Shown here in pieces: positions 33,552 to 46,261 of a stretch of DNA of 64,000 bases (positions within the stretch are counted from its first letter, which is position 1; the number at the start of each line of letters is the position of its first letter). Below the pieces are notes generated by a model. The model made no database searches. It had not been told where the DNA came from and saw nothing but the letters and a program-made list of their open reading frames with translations. The stretch lies in NCBI GenBank assembly GCA_047495785.1, contig JBLDXI010000046.1, positions 496,001 to 560,000 on the forward strand, given 5' to 3'. Position numbers and translations under genes: made by a program. The stretch comes from Lepidodermella squamata. Its lineage: Eukaryota > Animalia > Gastrotricha.

Positions 33552-36500
33552 TTATTCAAATGTCAACAATTCGTTGTATTTACTAGCCAGAGCTAATACG
33601 TGGCCACTAGTTGCATTCCGAAGTGCCAGAGCAAAAGACCACAGCTCCCAGCCGGTTTCCGCCGACACCCAAACGGGCGGCATTAAGGTCCACAGCCGAG
33701 CATCGCCTTTCATTTCAAAAATCTGAAGCCGGAAATTCCGATCGTCCGCTACAATCAGCCGACCAGCTGGGTCGAATTGAATCTCACGCGGGCTGTAGAC
33801 TGATCCGGCCATACTTATAGCAGCCCGGTTCCATTTTGCGACAGTGGTTATGTACCGGAAGCCTTCCTTCAGCGAACTGACATGCCTGTGGTACAGCGAT
33901 ACCTCCTGCGAATTCTCGGCCCGTCGGACGAAAGACGCGAAATCTGTTGCGTAGAGATCGACAGAGTGCGTTAGACTGCTGCTTATCGCGAGTAGCATAA
34001 CGCGAATATCATCGTCATCATTGTCGTCGTGACCCTCCAAAGTATTAGCTTCATACATGTTGTAAAGCTGGGCTGTTGTCGCGAAATGGAAGGCGACGTA
34101 ACTAGGTCTCTGGGTCAATTTTATCGAAGCCAATAATTTCGCCCTTTCGTTTTGCGGCGGCAAGTACCATACTGAAATATCGCCAGTTTTTGACAGGCCA
34201 TCACAAGCGTAGAGGAGTCTACGTTGAGAATCGATAGCTAAGGACGTGAAATACCGATCTCCGTTTGATAAAACGAGAAAATCGAGAGGAACGCCGTCGT
34301 AGTTCCAGTCCTTTTGTAGATCAGCAAGACTAGCCCGGTAAATCCCAGCTGGGTGAGTTGATAACGTGAAAAACAGATCGCCGGATGGTTTATCGAGTAC
34401 AGCGTGATTCACCCCGACCATTGTTTCATTCTCGCTATTGCTTTCCATGTATTCGTGGAGAAGTTCATCGGGCAGGAAAATTGAGCTTTCCCATTGAACC
34501 TGCGACCAGTCTGCTTTATGAAGCTCCTGAGAGAAATGTCGAGATTTTAAGGTGGCATTTTTTAATTGGTTTTACTTACGATAACTTCTCCATGGTAACA
34601 GACCACCACGATGGATTGTGTCTCCTCGGAATGGCCTGGATTTTCGATTTTAATAATGGCTTGGACATCGGAAGGCAATGAAATCAGTGTTCGGGAGAAT
34701 CGCTTTTTCCAGTGCGTGTAATACGCCGCCTTGAAGAAAGGGCTAACTTTCGGAGCTTCCTCCGGGATCGGAATCCTTATTGGCTCTGATAACACGGTTT
34801 TCTGCGCGACATCTAGATTAACAGGCGTTGTGACTGTTGTAGTTTCGGTTGACGTAATAGTCGAAGTTTCAGTGGTTGTAGTAGATTCAGTTGTAGTTTC
34901 AGTTGTAGTTTCAGCAGTAATTGAATTAGGTTCCTGCGTCGTCGGCTTTGTTGACGCAACTCGGACTAATCTCGAGATACATGAGCCGATCGGAGGTTGC
35001 CACGAGTCTTTTTCCACGCAACTGCTGATATTAGCTGGGCCTTGTACGATGTAGCCGATAGAACAATGTAGAGTCACGTTCGAATACAAGGGAACGGCAT
35101 TGTAAGGGGCGACTGTTATACCATCCATCATGAAAAACGCGTTTTTAACATAGGGTATGATGCACTAGGAAATATAGTTATGAAGATTTCAGTAGTCGAG
35201 AAGCTTTTTAGCTTACTTCTTTCCGATTTTGGGAGCTTGACGTCATATTCCCGCCTCCAGGAGCTAAACAGGCACCAGGGTATGACCAGGCTCCATTGTC
35301 GTTGCAAATAATCGAGTTAGGGTCATGCGATTGCAGCTTGAAGCCCGGGTTGCACCTCAAGTCACGGATGGCTCCTATTTCGAAGGTTCCATTTGTGAAA
35401 AATCCATTTTCGACTATCGGAACTGGCCCACAAGATGTTGGCTTCTCAGGTATCTTCGTCGTCCGTGTCATGTAAGCTGAGGCCATCAAAATCGAAGATC
35501 CTGTGTTGGTGATGGATTTTACCCACGGTAAAACAGAGCAAATCCTGAATAATTCATGGATTACTTTTGAAATGAAGTCTTTCGGGAACTTACCTGCTGT
35601 AAATCCTAGGGACGCCCTGATAAGTTTTGCAAGCTGTTGAGTTTCGAATCGAGAGAACGCCGATTTGGTACCAAGAATCTTTCACATGGCACATCAGAGG
35701 GTCACCAGGTTCACCGATGAGGCAAGACCTGTATCCTTCATCATCACCCCCAGCACACATTCGAGTCTTCGCGAAATATGCTGACTTTGAAACTCTCGAA
35801 CAGATCGCATAAGGCTGGAGGGGCAGAGCGGCCTTCTTCAAAACACTCAGCTTTTGGTCTAAAATTTTTAGATTTTGCTATCATTGCGAAAATAGGAAAT
35901 TAAGTCTTACCTCTACTTATCGGGTTCCAACTCGCTGTAACAGCAACCTGGCAGTTATCAACGGTCGTACTGCCCTCAGAGTAACTAGCAGGAGCTTGGC
36001 AGAGTTCGTCTGGTAGCTTGATAGGCCGAGTTTGTGGTGTAAGTCTGATTGCCATGTTCAGTTTCAGTAAGGCGAAATCGTAATTTTGAGGCAGTCCATT
36101 CTCGTCCGTTACGTAATCAGGATGCGGAACGACCAGTTCAGCGAAGGTCCGAACTTCACGGGGCTCGTTGTTCAGCGCCATATTATATTTACCCAAGCTC
36201 GCTATTACCCTAAAAAGTGTAATTAAATTGAATATTAAAAAAGGCAATTTTATAAAAAATATAGAAAATTTTTAATTTTACTCACACTTTCGATTTATGA
36301 CCGTTTGTAGTCACGCAACTTGCGGAGGTTAGCAACCAACTTGGTGTTATAAGGGTCGCCCCGCAAATCTTCCGTGGTTTCCCGTCAAAAAATGCCTCAA
36401 GACTGGCCTAATGAAAAAAAAATTGCAAAATGTCTCAGCTTCGGGTCAGAGTCTCACCATCCATGGGAACTCATGCGGAGACGTGAGAATGTGTTTGTCC

Positions 36501-36655
36501 TCTTCCTGGAAATCTTCCTCGGCTTCATCGCTGTACTCCAAAGGTTGATGCTCTTCTTCGAGCTCGGCTTCTTGTTCAAGGTCTATTTCACTGTCAATCG
36601 CTAATAATCGATTAGCGATAGTTAGGAAGATCAAACAATGAGTTATAGTAAGCAT
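33552..36655 (-). CDS. Secreted mosaic protein: inactive trypsin-like domain + 2 Sushi/CCP + Thr-rich stalk + NHL-like beta-propeller
   Basis: Signal peptide; HEFPWMA..ICGATLITPSWLLTSASC (TAAHC lost), YDFALLKL, SCLIGEPGDPL (GDSGGP lost); two CCP modules (C...NG...C.PG(F/Y)...C...W...C); T-rich run. An in-frame splice (34581 to 34528) joins ORF 33552-34448, which has the NHL motif SPREIQFDPAGRLIVADDRNFRLQIF. Confidence 0.8.
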
Positions 36656-37790
36656 TCGTGCTAGGTTTCCGCGAAAAAATTGCGAAAAGCAATAAAACTA
36701 ACACGCGATGGCGTCGGCCTTAACGACAATGTTTATCGCGCTTTGAAACAGTAAATAAAAGTGACACTTGACCATTATTTCATCATTATATCCGCGGCGG
36801 TGTATATCGCTTTCATATCATCGGTGCGACTGCTACCTGGTGTATGATGATGATACATGTTGTAATAAAGAAGACAGCAGCCACTTGAGCGGCTTGTTGT
36901 TAAATATTTATTTGTGTGTAGTTCGGCTTTGATTCAAAGCGCGTGTAGTACGAGACTCACTTGTTGGTTGAGCGCTAAAAATGAGCGCTGGCGTAAACAA
37001 ATTAAGCAGCGCTTTCACAATGGCACGCGCGCAAAAAAAACTTTGTGCGCACCGCAGATGCGCTCAACGCACTCGCGCACAAGAACTGAGCAAATAAACC
37101 TAGAAATTATTTCAACATCGGACAGAAAACTGGGGGATGAAACCGTGATATAATCGGTGCTTTGGGAGGTAGCAATTCGGAATCTTATTCTTTGGCAATT
37201 TACTTTCAATAAATGTTAATTTGATTCTGGACTGGCGTGTAAGCAGATCAAATCTGAGGTCACTCAGGTTATCAGGGTCTTTTCAAGGGCTCGCTTAAAT
37301 TAAGTTTACTATCTTTAAAATCCCAAAAAATCTCAATTCTGGTCATCCTTATGCTTACCGTAGAATTTTCCCGCGCGTGTCAAGTTTTGAACTGATCGAT
37401 TTTTTGCGTGCAAAAATTCGACTAAAATTACACGAGAATTCTAGGTCCTTTTAGTAGCATAAGAATTTCTCAGTGCTGAATTTTCCATCAGGCTATCAAG
37501 GCCTTAACCTTCTAGTTCAACATGAGGTTTTGTTACACTCTCGTCAAAACTCGGCCGGTTCAGCCAATGTAAAGAAGTTTATTTAACAAGGGAAACAAGT
37601 TGAGCATATGAAGAGGGTTGTTTCTAGTATTTTGACATGTGTATAATCCGAATAAGATGAAATCGACATATGTTGACTTTGATCTTCACGCTCATATTCC
37701 GTAATAAATAAGGCACTATCAAATTTCAGCGGAATTTTTTACTTTGACAAAGGAAGGTTTCATCCGTTAACTTTTTAACTTGATTTATTC

Positions 37791-38718
37791 GCACATTTCC
37801 CCATCCGCCGGTGTTTCCTCCACGCGCGCATTCCTATTGGTTGGTTAAATTTACGCGTAACCGCACGTCGCGCGCATTTATTGCGCAACAAATGATTGCA
37901 GCTTTCTACGCGCGCGCTGCAAAATTACAAGAAAATCACAAGTCGGCTAGCCCGAATTGAATAAGTCCAGTATATCGTGTGATGCGCGCGCATGGAGAGT
38001 ACATTTTTCAATTAGTTTCAAAAAATTGCAAATCAAGAAGATATGCGAGCAATAACAATCGAGCAATACTGCCTTGCAATCGACAGGGCGCTCAAATATA
38101 TTTCCAAGTAAAATTAAATCGCGCCACCATGGTTCATCATGATATTGTGTCGCTTTTATGAAATCGCAATTTTTTCTACATTTTTAGAAGCGCTTGAGTT
38201 TTGATCATTCTAAAGAATTTCTCCATCCACTTCTACATAAGCGGCTCTGGTAATGAGCGGTAACTTTTCAGACGCACAAACTTTCAAGGGCAAGAAATTT
38301 TCAATCAATTCGTTGTAGCGCGAAAATAATCATATGGTTAGAGTCTCCAGCTATATTCTGATGAAATTACCCCAAATTCACCGAAAATAGCTCGTGCCAT
38401 CGGTGCGCACTTTCGCAATTTGTTATGTAAAATTTGAAATTTGCGCGCGCATTATTTTCTATTTTCTATTCAATCGATAGGTAAATAAGAACAAAATACA
38501 TGAACAAAATACAAATTCTGTCAAGTTTTTCGACAACAAAATCTGCCTTATAATTTAAGCTTTTTATTTTCTTGAAAGCATTTCGCTGACTCAGCGCAGG
38601 GCGCAGTCGTCTTTGCAGCGCACGCACGAAGGCTGTAATTATCTTAGTTGTTGCGCAACAAGGCCCAGCCAATAGGAGCGCGCGCGCGGAGGAAACACCG
38701 GCGGATGGGGAAATGTGC
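37791..38718. mobile_element. Non-autonomous TIR element with 9-bp TSD (Mutator/MULE-type MITE)
   Basis: TIR gcacatttccccatccgccggtgtttcctcc / ggaggaaacaccggcggatggggaaatgtgc; direct repeat gatttattc at 37782-37790 and 38719-38727; no ORF. Confidence 0.85.
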
Positions 38719-39657
38719 GATTTATTCGCACAACTTGCATTCGCGAGGGACCGAGGGCCATTTTTCAGCAAGAATGGTGTCTGTATCGATTTCCGTCAAA
38801 AATGTAATATCAATGTCAAAAATTTAAAATCAGTCATAACAACATTTTTAACGACTTGTTGTTCTCATCGTACTGGTTGTCGTGTTTTCCGCCATCGGGG
38901 TCGGGAAACCTTTTTCTGACCATAGTCAAAAGCCAGGATGGATATACGATAGTTTTCAACGTCTTTTTCATGTTGCCATACCGTCAAATTGTGTCAAAAA
39001 CATGATAAACTCGTGTCAAAACGGGGTTTTTACCTTCAGAATGCCGTAAATTCGCCTGTAGATATCTTTTCTACTACTACCGTGGTGCAGAAGAATGTGT
39101 AGAAGCCCATTGCGAATTTTCATTGGAATTTTCCGCAATTTTCGGGCCCTCCGAGAAATAATCCATAGGAGAGGGTCACTTATGCCCCAGCCCCAAGGGC
39201 CCCCATATTTTCTAACTCTCGTTTGCAACTCCACAGGGGGACCCTTTTGATTTGGGAAAACGGCCATAACTCGCTCCAGCTCTCAGGTTGTCGGTTGTCG
39301 AGCCATCCAATTGTGAGAACCACTTGCATAGGCTCACCGAAGATTGACTAGGGCCCCGAGAAATCTAACTTTCTAACTGGGTAAATCTGGCACTGTAGAC
39401 TGTGAATAAGGGTGAGTAGTAAAAGCTAAGGAAAACGGAATACTTCCCTATTTCCAAACTCTACAGTTCAAGATTGAGATTTCCGATCACTGTACACAGT
39501 GCAACACCATTCAAGCATCTCAGATTTATTGCCACCTTCAATTAAGCAAACGACCAAGTGCAAAACGTTACAGCACATTTTACGAGTGATCACGACCATA
39601 GAAAAGTCTGTTCAACTACTGGATATCCGGTTTGGACATGACTTGGCTGTTATCTGC

Positions 39658-40047
39658 TCAGTTCTTTGCTCCAGCTTCCATTAGCATCTGAACGATTTTA
39701 GCCTGCCCCTCGGCCATCGCAACTTTGAGAGCCGTTTTGCCGTCATCGTTGACATCATCCAACTTGGCCCCGTTATCTATCAACAGCTGGGCGACGTCAA
39801 AGTGTCCATTAGATGCGGCAACCATCAAAGGCGTCCATCCTGAGTAGTTCTTGTCGGAAACGGCGACTCCATGGTCGATCAGCAGCTTTGCAATGCCAGG
39901 GCAGCCGCGACGACAGGCTTGGAAAAGAACTGTCTCGCGATCTTCATCCTTCCCATTGACAAACGCCCCTCGGCTGAGTAGCTTGCTCACCTGATCGATG
40001 GTTCCATCGGTCACGGCTTCGCGAAGTTGATCCTCAAGTCCAGACAT
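39658..40047 (-). CDS. Small intronless ankyrin-repeat protein (129 aa)
   Basis: Ankyrin motifs ETVLFQAC..G...IAKLLIDHG, GWTPLMVAASNGHFDVAQLLIDNGA, GKTALKVA. Confidence 0.9.
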   Translation of the reverse strand: MSGLEDQLREAVTDGTIDQVSKLLSRGAFVNGKDEDRETVLFQACRRGCPGIAKLLIDHGVAVSDKNYSGWTPLMVAASNGHFDVAQLLIDNGAKLDDVNDDGKTALKVAMAEGQAKIVQMLMEAGAKN

Positions 40048-40999
40048 GGATTTTGACGATTTCGATGAAAAGCTCGAAACTCTTTCTTAAAAACTTGAAA
40101 AAGCTCAGGAAACTGGGTGTATGAGCCGGTTCTTAAAAGGAGCTCTTCTGCGTAGATGCGTCGTGATTCGCGTAACTAATTAGTCTCAATTGCGATTAAA
40201 TCTATTGCTTTCCTGAAGTAATCAGTTCGGCTCAGCGAGTCGTGCGCAGAACGTGAGATGTTTAAGCTGGATTATGGCCGCAATAAGGCACACACTCATT
40301 CTCGGTCATGTCTGCGTTCGAATGTGGGTACATCTTGACCAGTGCAACAAAGCTAGCTTAATCATTCAAACTGAATCACTGAATCACTGAACCAACAGGA
40401 AATTCAACATGATTTACGCATGTTTCAAAGCCTTTCCCACGATTTTGACTGGCGATGCGATGACGTCAAGGATTTCGTATTTTCTCAAACTTAGAAGCAA
40501 ACCAAACTAACATTGTTCTATTTTTTCGTCTCAAGAACCTTGTCAGCATATAACTGATGGCTTGAAGGAGGATGAATTGATGGTTCCAGCTTTGCAGCAA
40601 ACTTGTCTAAACTTCATCATTGAGATAAGCCTGGGTATCCTAGCATTAAAAATGAAATACTTTTTGTCAACGGAGGCTGGAGAAGTCGGAAGCAATTCCG
40701 ACCTTTTTTCTCATGAATTTACTCAAAATAAGCTGAAAGCTGATTCATTTCGATAATGAGCAATGTTCATTCACCGAGGCTTGCCAAATTATTCATAACA
40801 ATAGCTAAATTATTGATGCATTCAATAAATTTCTTCGAAAAAAGCTGCCAAAAATTCACCGCTGCCAGGTTACAAATGCATAATTCTCTTCACATATCGA
40901 TTAGAAGCACCAAGGCCTGGCGCCCCTTCGGCTGATCAACGCGCAGACTGGGTTTTTGCATACTTTTTTGTAGCTACATAAAAACGCACCGAGCCTGAA

Positions 41000-41736
41000 A
41001 TGCGCCGTCTGGAATTGAGCGTGGACCCAGCCACTGTGGGTACACCTTTGAATGGAGATTTGGAAATCGTCGACGCTCTGCGAGAGAAAATGGTTGATAC
41101 TTACGCAACCACCCTACCGCGAAGCTATATCGGCAGTATGGACAGAATGACGAGACTTCGATGTCTCAAGGAAATGTCTGAACTGCTAACTAATGTTTGC
41201 ATTGTCGTCACTAACGAGACCAATAAAGCTCCTAACGGCAAGATCAACATAACGCGAACAATGCATGCCAATCTACAGGTTAATCGTTAAACTCTAATTC
41301 ATATCCCAACTGAGCTATTTCAAGCTATGATATGGGTGCTAATTGGCTCCGTGGAGAATTAATGAGGTCTGTCATAGAAGCGAAAACGGGCAATTTCAAG
41401 CTTTAATATATAATGAATGGGGTTATGATTAAGGGTTGGAATTATTGCTTTGAAATGGCTCCTTTCAAATTGTTTTTCATTAAAATTATTCTGAATTGAA
41501 AGGAACTTAATGGATACCTTGGCATAAACCAACGCCATCTACAGCTGATGCTACAAAAGCGGGAAGTTCGGAATGACATTTTGCTGGTGTCAAGGAACTG
41601 CTATGATGCATTTCTCAGGTTTGCCCAGCTGCGCATCCAATCCGCGGCCCAGCACGCAGCGGTTAATCGCCTAGCTGGATTAATGACCGCTGGAATTATC
41701 CTCGGAACTATTAATGATGATTCGGACTCGGATTAG
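41000..41736 (+). CDS. Hypothetical two-exon protein of unknown function
   Basis: TATA-like tacataaaa upstream. Exon 1 from ATG 41000 to ~41278 (CAG|gttaat) splices in frame to exon 41503-41736. No recognisable domain. Confidence 0.5.
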
Positions 41737-42128
41737 GATTTCAGGATCTAGCCCATATGAACGGATTATCATGGAGAGGAAAGGAGGAGAGGAAATGGAA
41801 TACTTGACTGACTTGGGAGCAAATTTTGGACTGTATCTTCGTTATCCTATATTACGTTCGATCGTTTATCTTTACAGGAATCAAGGAGGAATTAAGGAGA
41901 GGAAATAGGATTCTATTTTCTGGATTTATCTCGACCCGAAGAGAGAAAAAGTTCTATTTTATGTGTTTATGTCATTCTCAAATAGAACTCGTTTGCTGTG
42001 TCTCGTATCAAGTAACCTTAGCCCTAACTTACCTAATAAGGCATTCATTAATGTTGGAACTGACTGAGAGGATCACGCAAAAGACCTGCCGTTTCGTCTC
42101 AGTTTTATTGGAAAACATTATGAAAATA

Positions 42129-43223
42129 CTATAAAAAGTAAAATATCGTAGCAAAGACGGTGACAGGCCACGATGGCCACCAGCTCGCTGAGTTGACCAT
42201 TTCGTCTAAATCCGAATTTAATCTCGTTAAATTCGCACATACACTGGCCTTGCCACAAGAATTGCAGACATACGGCACTTGGCAGTATTCGCCATGCATC
42301 ACTGAACACGGCTCGTTCTCAGAACGAGGCAGCCTCAAGTCAGGTACGCAAATGGTTTTGACTGTATCTAAGCTTGGGGAGATATCGATAGGCGTAAATC
42401 CAGGCCTGCATCCGCATCTTGAGTTGTGGCAGCGTGAATTAGGGGTTTCACTGCAATCATCGTCCAGGAGACACGCGTCGCCGATTTCCCGCGGGTGGCA
42501 ATGAAACGGTTGAGTTTTGAAGCCATTACGACACCCACATGAGAAATTGATGCATTCAAGGGTGTAGTAGCACTGGGCTGAGTCGTAACACAGCTCGCCG
42601 GCCGTTTTGTCCATAATGAAGGGCACGCAATCAGTTCCGCTAAGGCCGCGCTTGTAACCGGGCCGGCATACGCAGCGGCTGAGTTGAGCCGAACATTCGA
42701 CATTATCACCGGAGCAGGCGTTGAGAGATCCATCGGGGCTGCATTCATCGTCGAGGTAAACAGCTCGCTTGCAGATGAAAGATGAATCACCATTTTTGGC
42801 GATCTATCAAGGAGGAAAAAAATCCAAGTTAAGTTGGAAAAATCCAGCTTAATAGAAATTTTAAAGTAAATCGAGCTTTTTCTGATCACTTTCTCTATGA
42901 AGCAGTGCGCGAAGTAGGATCCGGGAGCTGCGGTGTTTTCCGCCACCCAGCTGAAGAAACCAAAGGGCCCCCCTGAGTGTCCTCATTGGAAGCATGGTAT
43001 GAAGCATGGTCCCCATTGGATAAGCAATGTTAACGAAAATGTGTATTACCTTTGAGTAACCGGGTAGACAAGAGCAAGTTCCACACTGCGGTGTGAGGAA
43101 GTTGCATTGAGAATTCTTCACTCGGCAGTCCGACTGTTTCCGGCATAGCTGTTCGATCCCGATGGTGTGCAGCGCCCAAGGAATGATGTAACATAAAATG
43201 ATGAATTCACGAGGGATCACCAT
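42129..43223 (-). CDS. Cys-rich EB-module protein with signal peptide and hydrophobic C-terminus (2 exons)
   Basis: Exon 1 MVIPREFIILCYIIPWALHT...CSCLPGYSK|gt; exon 2 from ~42803 with repeated GDAC..DDDC....NSRC....C.C.PG modules; ends WWPSWPVTVFATIFYFL*. Confidence 0.8.
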
Positions 43224-44837
43224 AATAATATCATTCGCCGATGCGGTTTAATGACGCTAATCTGCTAAGATTTTTCAACACATTTTTTTTAAGCTGATGT
43301 GAGATATCATATAACAGCAGTGATAATAAAATTTAACATTTTTTCTACAACGAAATGTGACAAAACGGCAATTTAATAGTATCTCCTAAGATGAAATTTT
43401 TTCTTCACCGAGGTGTTAAATCCCAAACTAAGTAAAAAATTATTGCTAGTAATAAAATAAATTTTGTTGCGCGTTGAAAATTTGCGAGAAATATTTTTAT
43501 TATCACCACCATATAATGCTGCTAATCCTATGTATATACGAATTAAGAAAAGTGAAAGTATTTTCAGCCATTGAGACTATGGTATGTAATTTAAGCTGTT
43601 GTAAGACGGCTGGTGGCTTGTGCCGATGATGATAGACCGCGGCCGGGCTGAGTGAGAGTTGTTGTTGTTTTTGAAAATGTCTTTTCATAATGAGAAAGTC
43701 GTCGCTTTGTAAGAAAACACACGCGCTCGTCACGTGGTGATAATATTATAATATTAAAGGCATTTTACTACACTATAGCAGGTACTAAACTGGTGGTTGC
43801 ATTCATTTAGCAACAAAACAACCAAAATTCAAGCTAATTAGCATCAGAGAATCTTGAAATGAACTCGTGGGGAACATTTGTATCTTAAGTTCAAATTTTA
43901 TATTTTAATTAGAAAAATCAGTTTTCATCTTTCATAAGGGCAAACAAACTGAGAAAAACTTCATCTGAGTGTATCTGAGATTTTCTTCATGGTTGTAAAA
44001 ACTATCGGGTGATGGTGCTATTTTTACGAAGAAATTGTTTAATAGAAATATGCAAAATCGATTTTTTAAGCCATAAGAGCGTATCATTTTCTTGCCACGT
44101 ATTCGCAATGCGCACTTCTTTAATATCAGTTTTTCTATCAAATAAGGCCAATTTTGAAAAAATTTCGTTTGGTGTGAGTAAACAAAAGATTTCAGCCCAG
44201 TTCAATGGCCCGTGGTCAAATTCTGCACACAGCGAGATGTTTACGCATTGTTTATTTTTGCCTACCGTAATGCGTTTTTTTATTCTTCTGAGAAGCCGCG
44301 AGCGACTGGGATACTGGCCGAATTTGCGTAGTACGGCGCAAGTGCACGTTTCGTGATTGTTTGAGATCTTTATTATACAATCAGCACTTTACTTGAACGT
44401 GTTATAGTATGATTTGTGGAAAGGTGCACTTAATGCTGCAAGTTATATTAGGCGAAAAAATTCAATTATATCACAAGTTTAGAAAAAATTGAATGATCAT
44501 GAGCAACCGAAGAGGTCCAGTCAAAGAATTAAACGTTTAAATATTCTGTTCTACGGTGCACCAAGCGTGAGGTGTTAATCAAAGCGCTGCTAATCAAAGT
44601 GTTCTTGTAAAATAATATCGTGAATATTTTAGTGATTTGGCTTAGAATTATTTAGATTTTGGCGAACACCTGCCGCGTGGCAGCCAAGTGACGCGACGAG
44701 CCTTGCCAGTTCAGATTGATTACTAAAACCATGAATGCATATAGCGATGTTCTTATGAAAAGACTCATTTTCAAATTATTTTTTGCCGGCTGAGCAAGTG
44801 AAAATCGGAAAATCCAAATCAACTGGCATGTTTCTAC

Positions 44838-45281
44838 CGCTGACTTTGATTTGATTTGATTTGATTTCTTCGGTAAATCACAGGTCTCGTTAAATCAATC
44901 ATTTAAAATCAAATCACCCTAAAATCCATGGTAAATCGATCAAATCATTCGCCCGACGAAATATAAGTATTAGGGTATTTTCTAGAGATTCTTTCACATT
45001 TTAAGGTTGGTTATAGCAGAATGAATCTAAAAGTAGTTGAATTGCTCCAGACATTGGAAAACAGGTGTTTCAGAATCAAATGCGAGTTGTCATGTTTAGC
45101 AACAGGGGGAGTTCCGAGAGTGCTGAATACTTTAAATCAACTGTAAATCAAGGGGGCTAAACCATTTGCAAATCAAATCATCTTGAATATTTTTAAATAA
45201 AATCATCGGTAAATCAAATCATCAAAAAATGGCATAAATCAAATGAAATCACAATCAAATCGAATAAAATAAAAGTCTCTG
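44838..45281. mobile_element. hAT-type MITE with 8-bp TSD and AAATC subterminal repeats
   Basis: TSD gtttctac at 44830-44837 and 45282-45289; imperfect inverted ends (cgctgacttt / aaagtctctg); many gattt/aaatc motifs. Confidence 0.72.
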
Positions 45282-45335
45282 GTTTCTACCTGTCGTGTCG
45301 TCGCAAAATTGCTGAAACGCAAAAAAGTGTTATAT

Positions 45336-45849
45336 CTAACAATCGTTTGTTTTATGGCATTTGACTGTTGCCAAGCGGTTCCAGTTTTTGATCCAGATAT
45401 AGGTAGGTCCAAGGCCCGCATTCCTCCGGTTGATGTTAGCGCACGAATTCAACAACTGGCAACTGTTATTGACTACCGTCGGGAATAATTGCGTCATGAA
45501 TACAATTGCTTTGCATGAAGGATTCGCGTCGCATAACGTTTTGCATGAGTCCTGTGAGAGGTCCTTGGGTGACTTTGTAACAATGCTGATTTGATTTTTG
45601 TTTTTATCCAGTCGACATTCACCATTGAACGATGTGTAGTCTGCTCCGAGTAAGGAATAGAATTATTATATTAATTTTTGGAAAAAGCATACCCGCTGCA
45701 CATAGGCTAGCAAAGAACACCAAGGCGGAGACGGCTGCTATGATATACGATATGATAGCATATGATATCATTGGTGGAAAAAGCATACCTGCCGCGCATA
45801 GGCCAGCAAAGAACACCACGGCGAGAACGGCTGCGAGCTTGATTGGCAT
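45336..45849 (-). CDS. Small secreted PAN/apple-domain protein (2 exons; exon 2 not in the ORF track)
   Basis: Signal exon MPIKLAAVLAVVFFAGLCAA G|gtatg. Exon 45640-45336 reads DYTSFNGEC...SQDSCKTLCDANPSCKAIVF...NNSCQLLNSC...*, the C-x3-C-x5-C-x-A...C-x-L PAN pattern. Confidence 0.78.
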
Positions 45850-46155
45850 GGCACGGGTGAGATGGAAATGAAGGTCGACTGCGAAAATAAGTAGAGATAT
45901 CAAGTTAGTTTTAAAAGTTGGACATGAAAATTAAGCGATTCGCACCTCGATTTATAGGCGTTTTCGTACGAAAATAGCACCGGAATAGGTATCAGCTGCA
46001 AAGTTCTTAGCCGAAGTTGAGCTCCCTATTATCCTATTGAGAGTAAAATACCTGAATCGAGAAATTATTCATAACATAACATAACATTCATAACATTCAT
46101 AACATGAATTATTACCCACTTGTAGTTATTTCCGCCCGCGTTCTTAAATTACTCA

Positions 46156-46261
46156 GCCACTGTGTTCACCATTGTTCGCGGATTAAGTCAGACGGGCGGA
46201 TTTTATAAATAACCGTCTGTCTGATTTTTGTCTTAACCCGAGCAAAGGTCAACTCAGTGGC
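46156..46261. repeat. Degenerate fold-back (hairpin) repeat
   Basis: gccactgtgttcaccattgttcgcggattaagtca is an imperfect inverse of tgtcttaacccgagcaaaggtcaactcagtggc, with a second inner inverted pair. Confidence 0.5.
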
